Assembly: GCA_964220215.1 (NCBI GenBank)
Contig: CAXPTH010000007.1
Location: 16,903 to 80,902, forward strand
Source of the DNA: Alteromonas sp.
GTDB taxonomy: Bacteria > Margulisbacteria > Marinamargulisbacteria > UBA6595
DNA: 64,000 nt
Direction: 5' to 3'
Below the pieces are notes generated by a model. It worked only from the letters and a program-made list of their open reading frames with translations, searched no databases and had not been told where the DNA came from. Shown one piece after another: positions 43,046 through 52,626 of the stretch; position 1 is the stretch's first letter, and each line of letters begins with the position of its first letter. A program made the translations under genes and the position numbers.

Positions 43046-43449
43046 AGTTCGGCTTTTAATCTTGAATATAATGTTTGTAATGATCGGCTGTATTTATCAA
43101 CGATAAACGCTAAAACCTTTTTCATTGTTTCGTGATTATATGTATGGCTGGTTTCATTTCGTATTTCTATTGATTGCATCCAAATTTCAGCATCTTGAAT
43201 CATCTCATCTTGAAAAGCGCGACGGATTGTTTGCTTGCTATTTTTTACATCATCATAGCCTTTGTTTTCTAAATAATCCTTTAGCGTTTTCCAACTTAAT
43301 TCCTGCACAATCTCAAAGGCTTGAACCAGAGCCATTTGTTCTGCTTCATCATCCCTCTCATTCAAATAACCATCCAACCGTCTTTTAAAGACCCCGTAAG
43401 CATTATTGAGATTTTGAAATCTTTGCTTCCATCTTTCTTCATTATTCAT
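43042..43449 (-). CDS. HEPN toxin (HI0074 / nucleotidyltransferase substrate-binding family)
   Basis: RWKQRF, QAFE, ELSWKTLKDYL, RNETSHTY (RX4HXY). Confidence 0.9.
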   Translation of the reverse strand: MNNEERWKQRFQNLNNAYGVFKRRLDGYLNERDDEAEQMALVQAFEIVQELSWKTLKDYLENKGYDDVKNSKQTIRRAFQDEMIQDAEIWMQSIEIRNETSHTYNHETMKKVLAFIVDKYSRSLQTLYSRLKAEL

Positions 43450-43452
43450 TGT

Positions 43453-44985
43453 CTAGCCTCCTATTTTAACCTTCTTCAACTTTTCCAATATCCGTTGGTT
43501 AAGCGCTGCTTCCTCGGCAAGTTGGCTTTCAAATTCCTTTGTCAGCTCGCTAAAGCGTTCTTTAAAGTCAAAATCATCCTCTGTTTCTTCTAAGCCGACA
43601 TAACGCCCAGGGGTGAGTACATAATCCAGTTTAGCGACTTCTTCTACTTTTACCGTTTTGCAAAACCCTGCGATGTCTTGATAGCCGTCATCCTCGCTTT
43701 TCCATTTATGGTAAGTGTCAGCCACTTTTGCAATCTCTTCATCGGAAAGTTCTTTTGTGCGGCGATTGATCAGATGCCCAAGATTGCGGGCATCAATAAA
43801 CAAGACCTCATCCCTGCGATAGGTTTTACCACGACGCATAAACCAGAGGCTTGCCGGGATTTGAGTATTTAAAAATAATTTCGCCGGTAGGTTTACAACA
43901 CAATCCACCATTCTTGCATCAATCAAGGCTTTTCGCATATCACCTTCACCCGATGATTTAGAGGTCAAGGAACCTTTCGCAAGGACAAATCCTGCCAATC
44001 CGCCTTCGGGCTTCAAGTGATATAAAAAGTGCTGTATCCATGCATAGTTGGCGTTTCCCGCCGGTGGTGTGCCATATTGCCACCGTCCGTCATTTTTCAG
44101 AAGCTCTCCGCTCCAATCATTATCATTAAATGGCGGATTAGCGATAATATAATCAGCTTTAAGGTCTTTGTGAGCATCATTAAGAAAAGAGCCTTCATTA
44201 TTCCATTTGACCTGTGAGCTATCAATTCCACGGATTGCAAGGTTCATTTTTGCCAATCGCCAAGTGGTTTGATTGCTTTCCTGTCCGTAGATTGAGATAT
44301 CGTTTACTTTCCCCTGATGTTCAGTCACAAACTTTTCAGATTGTACAAACATCCCCCCCGATCCACAGCAAGGGTCAAACACACGCCCCTTGTAAGGCTC
44401 CAGCATTTCAACAAGTAACTGAACCACTGAGCGTGGCGTATAGAACTGTCCGCCTTTCTTTCCTTCTGCAAGAGCAAACTCCCCCAAGAAATACTCAAAA
44501 ACATGACCAAGAACATCAGCACTGCGAGCCTTTGCATCCCCAAGGGCAATGTTACTAATCAGATTAATCAATCCACCCAGATTAGTTGGATCAAGATTTC
44601 CACGGGCATAAACCTTTGGCAAAACGCCTTTTAGTGATGGATTATCCTTTTCGATTGCATCCATCGCGTTATCAATATCTTTGCCAATTTCATGACCGGT
44701 TGCACGGGACTTTAGGAACGACCATCTTGCATCTTGCGGCACAAAGAAGACATTTTCCGCTTTGTATTCGTCTTTGTCTTCTGGATCTGCTCCGGCATAA
44801 TCTCCTTCGCCGTTAGTAAGTTTTTCATGAAGCTCTTCGAAGCTGTCTGAGATATATTTTAAAAACATCAAGCCCAGCACAATATGCTTGTACTCTGCGG
44901 CATCAATATTTTTACGGAGCTTATCCGCTGCTGCCCATAATTGTTTTTCGATAGGTTCGTTCTTTGCGTTATTCTGTTTTGTCAT
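43453..44985 (-). CDS. hsdM: Type I R-M N6-adenine methyltransferase subunit
   Basis: LWAAADKLR, GQFYTP, DPCCGSGGM, NPPF, LTPGRYVG. Confidence 0.96.
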   Translation of the reverse strand: MTKQNNAKNEPIEKQLWAAADKLRKNIDAAEYKHIVLGLMFLKYISDSFEELHEKLTNGEGDYAGADPEDKDEYKAENVFFVPQDARWSFLKSRATGHEIGKDIDNAMDAIEKDNPSLKGVLPKVYARGNLDPTNLGGLINLISNIALGDAKARSADVLGHVFEYFLGEFALAEGKKGGQFYTPRSVVQLLVEMLEPYKGRVFDPCCGSGGMFVQSEKFVTEHQGKVNDISIYGQESNQTTWRLAKMNLAIRGIDSSQVKWNNEGSFLNDAHKDLKADYIIANPPFNDNDWSGELLKNDGRWQYGTPPAGNANYAWIQHFLYHLKPEGGLAGFVLAKGSLTSKSSGEGDMRKALIDARMVDCVVNLPAKLFLNTQIPASLWFMRRGKTYRRDEVLFIDARNLGHLINRRTKELSDEEIAKVADTYHKWKSEDDGYQDIAGFCKTVKVEEVAKLDYVLTPGRYVGLEETEDDFDFKERFSELTKEFESQLAEEAALNQRILEKLKKVKIGG

Positions 44986-45000
44986 TTTTTATCCTATTTA

Positions 45001-45321
45001 TTAATACCTTAAAGGTTCTGTTCCTCTATTTAAAATATCAAGATAATCTCTGTAAAGAAAGATCTTGTGTCGTTCTTTGCCTGTTATTTCTTTTACAATT
45101 CCAAGATTTTCCAGGGCTGTTAAGCTTCTCATCACAGTTGGTTGAGACAGACCTGTTTTTTTACGGATTGATACTGTATTTGAAATCGGAGATTGCTGTA
45201 GATACGTGTGTATGGTCAATACCGCAGCAGCAGAATGATCAGAGTTTTCTATTCTTTTTCTGTCATTTGCAAAAATAAAGAACAAATTTTGAATTTTTTG
45301 TTCTTTGTTAAAAAATATCAA
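45001..45321 (-). pseudogene. C-terminal wHTH fragment of a Fic-family gene
   Basis: TGLSQPTV...LENLGIVKEITGKERHKIFLYRDYLDILNRGTEPL is a typical Fic C-terminus; Fic core absent. Confidence 0.65.
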
Positions 45322-45354
45322 CCATAGATGTTCTTTAGGCGTATTTTCTAAGAA

Positions 45355-45672
45355 TTAGGCCTCATCCCCACACTGATTGGCTACCCACGCCCCATACTCA
45401 GCATTCACCGTCATCACAATCCGGCCAATGCACGGAACACTGTACGGATGATGCTCCGCAATCGATGCCGATACCAAATCCGCCAACGACTCCGTTGTTT
45501 TCATCACCGCCACCCACTCCGACTCCTCGGCAATCGTCCCCGACCACATATACACCGAATCCGCCGCCACCACATTGCCACACGCAATCAGCCGAACCAA
45601 TACCAACGACCGAACCAACGCTTGCGCCACCGCCGCACTGGGGCACGGCACATAAAACAGAACTAAGTCCAT
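45355..45672 (-). CDS. cutA: Divalent-cation tolerance protein CutA
   Basis: LIACGN, SVYMWSG, MKT, HPYSVPCI. Confidence 0.9.
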   Translation of the reverse strand: MDLVLFYVPCPSAAVAQALVRSLVLVRLIACGNVVAADSVYMWSGTIAEESEWVAVMKTTESLADLVSASIAEHHPYSVPCIGRIVMTVNAEYGAWVANQCGDEA

Positions 45673-46829
45673 CGGCCGTGCATCGTATCCACAATCACCT
45701 GCGCCGCTTTCTCACACGCACCCCCAGCCCCCAACGAATCCCCAACTTTTTTCAAGGCATTGTGCACATCCATATGCCGCTGCGGATCCGTTAACAACGC
45801 AACCACCTCCGGAATAATTAAATCCGCCCGACACCGCCGTTGAAAAAACTCGGGCGCAATCTCAGCCCGCGCCATAATATTGGGTAAGGAAATATACCCC
45901 AACTCCCGAAACCGTTTGCCCATCACTATATTGGCAACAAAATAAGAAAGCGCACTCAGCCGATACGCCGCCACAAATGGGGTGCCCAAACACGCATGCT
46001 CCAAAGTAACCGTCCCCGAGGCCACCACCGATACCGCCGTATGCTGAATCAAAGCATGCTGATCCTGACACACACAGGTCACCCGTCCCGATACCCCATA
46101 GCGCTGCAACACCGAATAAATTCGGTCTAAATACACCGGCGATGATACCGATATCACCCACTGCTCAGTACTTTTAATGGCCGCCTCAACCGGCGCAATT
46201 AAACTCACAAACAACGCCAACAACTGCTTTAATTCCTGTGGCCGAGACCCCGGAAACAACGACACAATCCGCCGCGATGGATCCAGCCCGTATCGCTCAC
46301 AAAACATCTCGCGCCCATCATGCCGTCGAATTAAATCAACAATCGGATGCCCCACAAACACCGACCGCCCCCCAAGCTTAGTATAAAAGTCATGCTCCTG
46401 CGGAAAAATCGACAAAATCGTGTCCGTGTATTGAACCACATTGCGCCCCCCTTTTTCCGTCCCCCACTGCCACTCCTGCGGCGAAATATAATACAACACC
46501 GGAATGCCCAACCGCTTCGCCGCCCGAATAAACACCTGGTGATACCCCTGATAATCAATCACCACCACCGCCACGGGCTTCATGACTCGTAAAATCCACT
46601 TCATTCGAAAATACGTCACAATTAATTTTGGAATATACCGAAACGGCTCAATAAACCCAATGGTTGACGCCGTAGTCATGTCCGCTAAAACGTGTACCCC
46701 CGCCGCACGCATGCGATTGTGCCCCATGCCCACGCATTCAACATCCGGATACAAGGCCCGAACCGCTTTCGCCAAGGCCGCACCATAGTGATCCCCAGAC
46801 ACCTCACCCGCACTAATGAACAACCGCAT
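45663..46829 (-). CDS. lpxB: Lipid-A-disaccharide synthase
   Basis: SAGEVSGD, YYISPQEW, FVGHP, FPGSR, ASGTVTLE, SLPNI. Confidence 0.93.
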   Translation of the reverse strand: MRLFISAGEVSGDHYGAALAKAVRALYPDVECVGMGHNRMRAAGVHVLADMTTASTIGFIEPFRYIPKLIVTYFRMKWILRVMKPVAVVVIDYQGYHQVFIRAAKRLGIPVLYYISPQEWQWGTEKGGRNVVQYTDTILSIFPQEHDFYTKLGGRSVFVGHPIVDLIRRHDGREMFCERYGLDPSRRIVSLFPGSRPQELKQLLALFVSLIAPVEAAIKSTEQWVISVSSPVYLDRIYSVLQRYGVSGRVTCVCQDQHALIQHTAVSVVASGTVTLEHACLGTPFVAAYRLSALSYFVANIVMGKRFRELGYISLPNIMARAEIAPEFFQRRCRADLIIPEVVALLTDPQRHMDVHNALKKVGDSLGAGGACEKAAQVIVDTMHGRWT

Positions 46830-46833
46830 GCGC

Positions 46834-47565
46834 TTAACGCCCTCGCAAGGCCGCAATAGCCTGCGCATGGTTTGAAGCCCCAAACAGATACGACGCACTG
46901 ATCAAATCCGTTGCACCCGCCGCAATTAATCCCGGCGCATGGTCCGCATTCACACCCCCATCCACACTAATCACCCCATCATATACCGCCCGTAAAGCCG
47001 CAACTTTTGGCACCACCGCCGGCATAAACGCCTGGTTGGAAAACCCCGGATCCACCGACATCAACAACACAGCATCACACCCATCTAAAATGGGCTCAAT
47101 CACCGCTATGGGCGTATGAATGTTAATCACCACCGCAGCACCCATCCCCAAGTCCCTTGCCCGGCTTAAATCCGCCCGCAATTGATCCGTATTAATAACC
47201 GTTGTATATCGCGCCTGTTCCCGTATCGTCGTCACATCCACCGGCTCTTGTTGATACGCCTCCGCATGCAAATACACCAAGTCCGATCCCACTGAAGCAT
47301 AATCGGATAAATACATACCCGGATTCTCAATCATTAAATGCACCATCAACGGCAACGATGTGGCCCGCCGAATCGCCTGGATTAACACCGGACCAAACGA
47401 AATATTGGGGACCAAATGCCCGTCCATAACATCCAAATGAAAACTGTCTACCCCAGCCGCTACCATCGACCGAACCGCATCCCCCATTGCCAAAAAATCC
47501 CCAGACAAAACACTAGCGGATACGGTTACTCTTTTTTTATTATTGTTGGTTTCGATTGTTGTCAT
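46834..47565 (-). CDS. rpe: Ribulose-phosphate 3-epimerase
   Basis: HLDVMDGH, HLM, MSVDPGF, VDGG; carries an internal insertion. Confidence 0.93.
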   Translation of the reverse strand: MTTIETNNNKKRVTVSASVLSGDFLAMGDAVRSMVAAGVDSFHLDVMDGHLVPNISFGPVLIQAIRRATSLPLMVHLMIENPGMYLSDYASVGSDLVYLHAEAYQQEPVDVTTIREQARYTTVINTDQLRADLSRARDLGMGAAVVINIHTPIAVIEPILDGCDAVLLMSVDPGFSNQAFMPAVVPKVAALRAVYDGVISVDGGVNADHAPGLIAAGATDLISASYLFGASNHAQAIAALRGR

Positions 47566-47652
47566 TATTTATTTCTTGTTACTTTACCATAGTTTATAAC
47601 ATTTATCATAAATGTAGCAAAATACAAATCCTGGTTTTTAATGCCCTAAACT

Positions 47653-47682
47653 TTGACATTTCCTTGTAATTTTATGTAAAAT
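47653..47682 (+). promoter_or_regulatory. Sigma70-type promoter TTGACA-N18-TAAAAT, 7 nt before the MerR-family ATG (probably leaderless)
   Basis: Read directly. Confidence 0.6.
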
Positions 47683-47689
47683 TGAAGTC

Positions 47690-48724
47690 ATGACAAATAA
47701 ATACATAAAAACAAAAACGCCAATAAATGAACGTAAGCTATATAAAATATCTCAATTAACGTCATTGCTTGGTGTCACCGCTCGAACGGTTCGTTACTAT
47801 GATCAACTGGGTCTGCTTCCCAATGTTAAGCGCACCCCCGGGAACATGCGTTTGTTCGATGAGCAGGACGTCGCCTTGATTCAAAAGATCCGATATTTTC
47901 AAGAAAAAGAGTTTCTTCCCCTTGACGTTATTAAAGGTCGGTTATTCAAAGAAACTTCCGGGGACACCCAAACCATTGCCATTGTTGCCGATCATTTAGT
48001 GGACTATAGCCACCCCAAAATATATGCCGCATCCGGTGCCGATGACGCCAACACAGCCCAACCCGCCCGAGTTAGCGCGTACACCAACTGCTTTCAAACA
48101 CTCATTAATCAGGGATTTACCACCATTTATTCGTACCATGCAGCCTTATCGCCAAATTTTGAAGCGGCCACAATTGCGGCGGCAACCCACAAGGATTCGG
48201 CCACCATTCATGTGCTATCCACCCACAGCGTAGGCGGGGGGCACCAACTGTACGTCACAGCGATTGCCAATGTTTTGCAAGCCAGCGACTCTGAAAACGA
48301 AGTTGAACTGTACGCAGAAAAAAATAAAGGCCTCGTCTTAGACATCTTCATGAGTGATAACTTGAACCTCTTGTTTCCCACAACCGAAACCCAAACCAAA
48401 TTGCAACAAGATCTGGACACCCAACGGTCTGCCTTTAATGCCATCATGCAATTCAAAGACGATCAATTCACCTTGGTGGATTATTATCAACACAACAACG
48501 AAGCCGTTGAATCGCTGGGCTTAATTATTGAAGAAGAAGCGGCCCTGCGTGCCGGCTATTTAAATTCAATCGCCATTACCTACAATCGGCTATACGCTGA
48601 AGCCACGGCCTTAACCAATCAGTTCAAAGCAAATTACCCCAAAGCAAGTGTTTCAATTGCGCAAGCGGATCCCCACACTCAACACATGATTCAAGGGGAT
48701 TTTATTGGGATTTCAGTGCTTTAA
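47690..48724 (+). CDS. MerR-family HTH fused to a degenerate DegV-like domain
   Basis: YKISQL...GVTARTVRYYDQLGLL...RTPGNMRLF; then IAIVAD, TAQP, L..QGF..I.SYH..LS. Confidence 0.75.
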   Translation: MTNKYIKTKTPINERKLYKISQLTSLLGVTARTVRYYDQLGLLPNVKRTPGNMRLFDEQDVALIQKIRYFQEKEFLPLDVIKGRLFKETSGDTQTIAIVADHLVDYSHPKIYAASGADDANTAQPARVSAYTNCFQTLINQGFTTIYSYHAALSPNFEAATIAAATHKDSATIHVLSTHSVGGGHQLYVTAIANVLQASDSENEVELYAEKNKGLVLDIFMSDNLNLLFPTTETQTKLQQDLDTQRSAFNAIMQFKDDQFTLVDYYQHNNEAVESLGLIIEEEAALRAGYLNSIAITYNRLYAEATALTNQFKANYPKASVSIAQADPHTQHMIQGDFIGISVL

Positions 48725-49434
48725 CTCGCACGCTGCGATTGCACCCATGTCCAGTGCATGGCAATAGCACCGGCTGCACTCACATTGAGAGACGCTGTGG
48801 CCCCTGGGGTGTCAATCCGCACACACGCATCCAATTCTTTTTGAATGCGCGGCCCAATGCCTGTATGCTCATGCCCCATCACAAGGCCACAGGGGGTATG
48901 CGGCTGCCACTGCGTGAGGGTCATTGGCGCATCCACGGTGGTGCCATACAACCAAACCTGATGCTTGCGCAACGTTTGCAACGCCTGCGCAATGTTGGTC
49001 ACTTGGCACACCTGAATATGCTGGATCGCTTCCGCCGATGCGGACACCACGGTATCGGTCACCGGGCATTGCCGGTCTTTGGCATAAATCACCGCCTCAA
49101 ACCCAAACGACACCGCCGATCGAATCAACGCCCCCATGTTGTGCGGATCTTGAATATGATCCAAGATTAATAGTTTTGACTGCGCATTCAGCCCCTCCAC
49201 AACATCGGCCAACGCAACCGTCCGGGCTCGGGCCTGAATCCCCACCAGCGCATAGTCGCCATATTCTCGCTGAAACGCAACCGAAACCAAGGTCTTCACC
49301 CGAACCCCCTTGGCTTTAGCGGCTGCAATTACAGCGCGTTCCTCCCTAGACAACCGCTGCCCTTGGCACACCACCACACGGGCCAACTGCCCCCGCTGCA
49401 ACGCCCGATCAATGGCTCGGCTATCGGTGAGCAT
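48721..49434 (-). CDS. rlmB: 23S rRNA Gm2251 methyltransferase (SpoU family)
   Basis: LDHIQDPHNMGALIRSA, MGHEHTG, SLNVSAA. Confidence 0.85.
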   Translation of the reverse strand: MLTDSRAIDRALQRGQLARVVVCQGQRLSREERAVIAAAKAKGVRVKTLVSVAFQREYGDYALVGIQARARTVALADVVEGLNAQSKLLILDHIQDPHNMGALIRSAVSFGFEAVIYAKDRQCPVTDTVVSASAEAIQHIQVCQVTNIAQALQTLRKHQVWLYGTTVDAPMTLTQWQPHTPCGLVMGHEHTGIGPRIQKELDACVRIDTPGATASLNVSAAGAIAMHWTWVQSQRAS

Positions 49435-50692
49435 GCATCACCGCACACAATCGCTCAATACCATCTAATAGCTGCGCCTCTGTAATAATCAATGGCGGCA
49501 TCAGCCGAATGACCGTCCCCCCACAGGCAATCACCAACACATCGCTATCCAAGGCCGCTGCCATCACCGTTTTCACCCACTGTGGATTGGGCGCTCGGGT
49601 CGCACGATCCGCCACACACTCTATCCCGATCATCAACCCCAACCCCCGAATATCCCCCACATACGGGTGATCCGCCAACCGGTCCTGCAACACCGCCATC
49701 ACCCGATGCGCCAACGGGTTAACCGTGGGAATCAAAGGCTCCAACACCTGAATCGTTGCCCGGGCCGCCGCCGCACACACCGGGTTGCCACAATACGTCC
49801 CCCCATGCGCGCCGGTGTCCCACTTGGCCATCACCGACGCTTTGGCTGCCATGGCCCCAATCGGCATCCCCGATCCCATGCCTTTAGCCAAGGTAATGAC
49901 ATCCGGGTCCACCCCGTAGCGCTGATGGGCAAACCAATGCCCCGTACGCCCAAACCCGGTTTGAATCTCATCCAAAATAAACAGCACCCCATACTGCTGG
50001 CACAACCGTGCCACCGCTTGCAAACATGCCGCTGGGGCTGGGACATACCCGCCTTCCCCCAACATAGGCTCAATAATGACCGCCGCTAAATCCGCATGAT
50101 GCGTGGCCATGTACTCGGCCAATTGCGCCTCCCAATTGGCGATAAAAACCGCCTCAGGCTGATCCGCATGGTAGGTGTTGGGATACGGCAAAAAATCCAC
50201 CGGGCCCATGAGTGGCTGATACGTGGCGTGATACTTTGAGCTCACCGCAACCGCACCCAAACTCCGGCCATGAAACCCCCCGTCAAACGCTAAAAACCGT
50301 GGCTTTTTCGTCACAAATCGGGCCAGCTTGAGCGCCGCCTCAATCGATTCGGTACCACTTTGCGTGAAAAAGAACTGGTAGTCCGCTAGACCGGCTTGGG
50401 TTCGCAATTGCTCGGCCAATTGCACCGGCCCGTCGTAATACACAATGCCCGCACAGGCATGAATCAGCCGGCTAGCTTGGTCTTGAATCGCGTGGACCAC
50501 ATCCGGATGGCAGTGCCCAGTACTGGTAACGGCAATGCCGCTCGCCAAGTCTAAAATTTCACGCTGTTGCCCATTGGGGCCATCCGCATACAAGTACGGC
50601 CCACGCCCCCCCGTCACCGTCAAGCGACTCACATGGCTTTGCACCCCCGATAATACCCGATCACCCCGCTGGGCCAATGTCTCATCATTCAT
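49421..50692 (-). CDS. Class III PLP aminotransferase (GabT/ArgD-like)
   Basis: GHCHP, SGTES, FHGR, EPMLGEGG, DEIQTGFGRTG, AKG; start placed at MNDETL. Confidence 0.92.
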   Translation of the reverse strand: MNDETLAQRGDRVLSGVQSHVSRLTVTGGRGPYLYADGPNGQQREILDLASGIAVTSTGHCHPDVVHAIQDQASRLIHACAGIVYYDGPVQLAEQLRTQAGLADYQFFFTQSGTESIEAALKLARFVTKKPRFLAFDGGFHGRSLGAVAVSSKYHATYQPLMGPVDFLPYPNTYHADQPEAVFIANWEAQLAEYMATHHADLAAVIIEPMLGEGGYVPAPAACLQAVARLCQQYGVLFILDEIQTGFGRTGHWFAHQRYGVDPDVITLAKGMGSGMPIGAMAAKASVMAKWDTGAHGGTYCGNPVCAAAARATIQVLEPLIPTVNPLAHRVMAVLQDRLADHPYVGDIRGLGLMIGIECVADRATRAPNPQWVKTVMAAALDSDVLVIACGGTVIRLMPPLIITEAQLLDGIERLCAVMHAHR

Positions 50693-50753
50693 GCCTATTA
50701 GTATAGCATGTATGCAACAACGACACCCATGTGATACTATAAAAATAGCAGAC

Positions 50754-52031
50754 ATGATAATTACTTTTTCAATAGAAAATTGGATGTCGTTTCGAGAAAA
50801 AACAGAGCTTTCCATGCTTGCAGGTGGCGAACGTCGCTTCAACAAACGGTTACCTAGGATCAACAACGGCAAAACACGCCTGCTCCCCATTGCATCCTTA
50901 TATGGCGGCAACGCATCGGGAAAGTCTAACCTATTCAAAGCATTTAAATTTATTAAAGACTTGGCTACCAACCCACCCGGTATTAACCAAGAGATTCCGG
51001 TTAACCCCTACCGATTGGACGATGAAAGCCTACAAAAGCCGTCCTGCTTTGAATTGGTCTTTCTTGTTGATGAGACCCTTTATGCCTACGCATTCTCAGC
51101 AACCAAAACAGCCATTGTGTCTGAGACATTAACTGAAATCAAATCCAATCAAACAGAGACCCTCTTATTTAAACGAGAAAACAACACGTTTGATTTCACA
51201 GGCCTGTATAAAAAGCATGCCTTTAAGGGGCGAGAAAAAACTCTAGACGCCATCGGAAGCCGAACCCGAGACAACATGCTGTTTTTAAACCGGGCTGCGG
51301 ACGATAATGACCATTTTTTTACGCCAATCTACGATTGGTTTGACAAAACGCTTGTTTTAATTAGCCCAACGGATAGTTTTCGGGAGGATCTTCGGTATAA
51401 GCTTTGGTATGAAACAAATTCGGAAGATCATGAACGGTTAGTCTCATCACTCAGAGCATTGGACACCGGCATCGATACTGTGGCGGTTCGGGATGTTAGG
51501 CAAGCCAATGAACCCATGTACCATGCGCTTAAAAACCAACCCAATTTTCAATCCGTTATTCCTTCTAGCGGAATACTAATCCAAAAAACAGACTCAGGCA
51601 TAGAAACAAAACAATTGCTGACGACCCACACCAATCATGCTGGTGATCCTGTTAATTTTAAACTTACAGAAGAATCCGACGGAACGCAACGCCTCTTTGA
51701 ACTACTCCCTACATTGCTTATGATGGATAACCATGTTGTGTTTATCGACGAAATTGATCACAGCCTGCATGCCTTGCTAACCGAAACACTGATCCGAAAT
51801 TATCTATACGAATCCCATCAGGATGTTCGCCATCAATTGATCTTCACCACCCACGATCTATCCCTCATGGACCAATCGCTGTTTCGCCGGGATGAATTAT
51901 GGGTCACCGAGCGCGATGCAACCGGTGCTTCCAGCTTAACATCGTTTAGCGAGTATGTGGGTATCACACCGAGCACCAACCTTCGCAAACTCTACCGCCT
52001 CGGGCGCCTCGGGGGCACACCGAAACTGTAA
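50754..52031 (+). CDS. RloA-like AAA/ABC ATPase
   Basis: FSIENWMSF, YGGNASGKSN, ESDGTQR, IDEIDHSLH, QLIFTTH, FRRDE, YRLGRLGGTP. Confidence 0.9.
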   Translation: MIITFSIENWMSFREKTELSMLAGGERRFNKRLPRINNGKTRLLPIASLYGGNASGKSNLFKAFKFIKDLATNPPGINQEIPVNPYRLDDESLQKPSCFELVFLVDETLYAYAFSATKTAIVSETLTEIKSNQTETLLFKRENNTFDFTGLYKKHAFKGREKTLDAIGSRTRDNMLFLNRAADDNDHFFTPIYDWFDKTLVLISPTDSFREDLRYKLWYETNSEDHERLVSSLRALDTGIDTVAVRDVRQANEPMYHALKNQPNFQSVIPSSGILIQKTDSGIETKQLLTTHTNHAGDPVNFKLTEESDGTQRLFELLPTLLMMDNHVVFIDEIDHSLHALLTETLIRNYLYESHQDVRHQLIFTTHDLSLMDQSLFRRDELWVTERDATGASSLTSFSEYVGITPSTNLRKLYRLGRLGGTPKL

Positions 52032-52038
52032 CCATCCG

Positions 52039-52590
52039 ATGGCTAGACTTAACCGAAAGCAAAAGACAAAACGGGCACTTCGGCCAGTTTTTCTACTGGG
52101 ATGCGAAGGAAACACAGAGTGCAATTATTTCAAATACTTGAACCAAACCCTATTCAGAACAATCGTTTTTGAATTTCCAGGTAGCCGCAATCATAACAGC
52201 GACCCGGGCTCAGTCCTTAAAGCATTGAAACAAGCGATAAAGAACAGGAAAGACATAACCGGTGCCTGGGTCATTGTTGACACAGACAACTGGCAACCTA
52301 AGCAACTCCAGGCGTTGCATGCGTGGGAAAAAGAGAACAGTATTCATGGCCTTGCCATTAGTAACCCTTGCTTTGAACTTTGGCTGCTGTTGCATGTTAC
52401 AGACCAATTTCCACCAACCGGAGATGCTGTTATAACGGCGCTTAAACAAACGTTTCCTAATTGGAAAAAACCCAATTGTCCACCATTTAAAAAAGCAATG
52501 TTTAAGCAGGCAGTTAAGCAGGCAGTTGAGCGGGCTAAACGCAATGATCAAACAACTGTTTACAAACTCATTGAAATTTTAATGCTTTAG
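52039..52590 (+). CDS. RloB-family protein
   Basis: CEGNTECNYF, WVIVDTD, SNPCFELWLLLH, TTVYKLIE. Confidence 0.9.
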   Translation: MARLNRKQKTKRALRPVFLLGCEGNTECNYFKYLNQTLFRTIVFEFPGSRNHNSDPGSVLKALKQAIKNRKDITGAWVIVDTDNWQPKQLQALHAWEKENSIHGLAISNPCFELWLLLHVTDQFPPTGDAVITALKQTFPNWKKPNCPPFKKAMFKQAVKQAVERAKRNDQTTVYKLIEILML

Positions 52591-52626
52591 CTATTCACCC
52601 CATCTGCGGTATCATATAGTTTAATA

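Noticed and set aside
50535..50971. Apparent 437-bp head-to-head overlap of the aminotransferase and RloA ORFs
   Set aside because: Artefact of longest-ORF starts; homology-consistent starts at 50692(-) and 50754(+) leave a normal divergent promoter gap.
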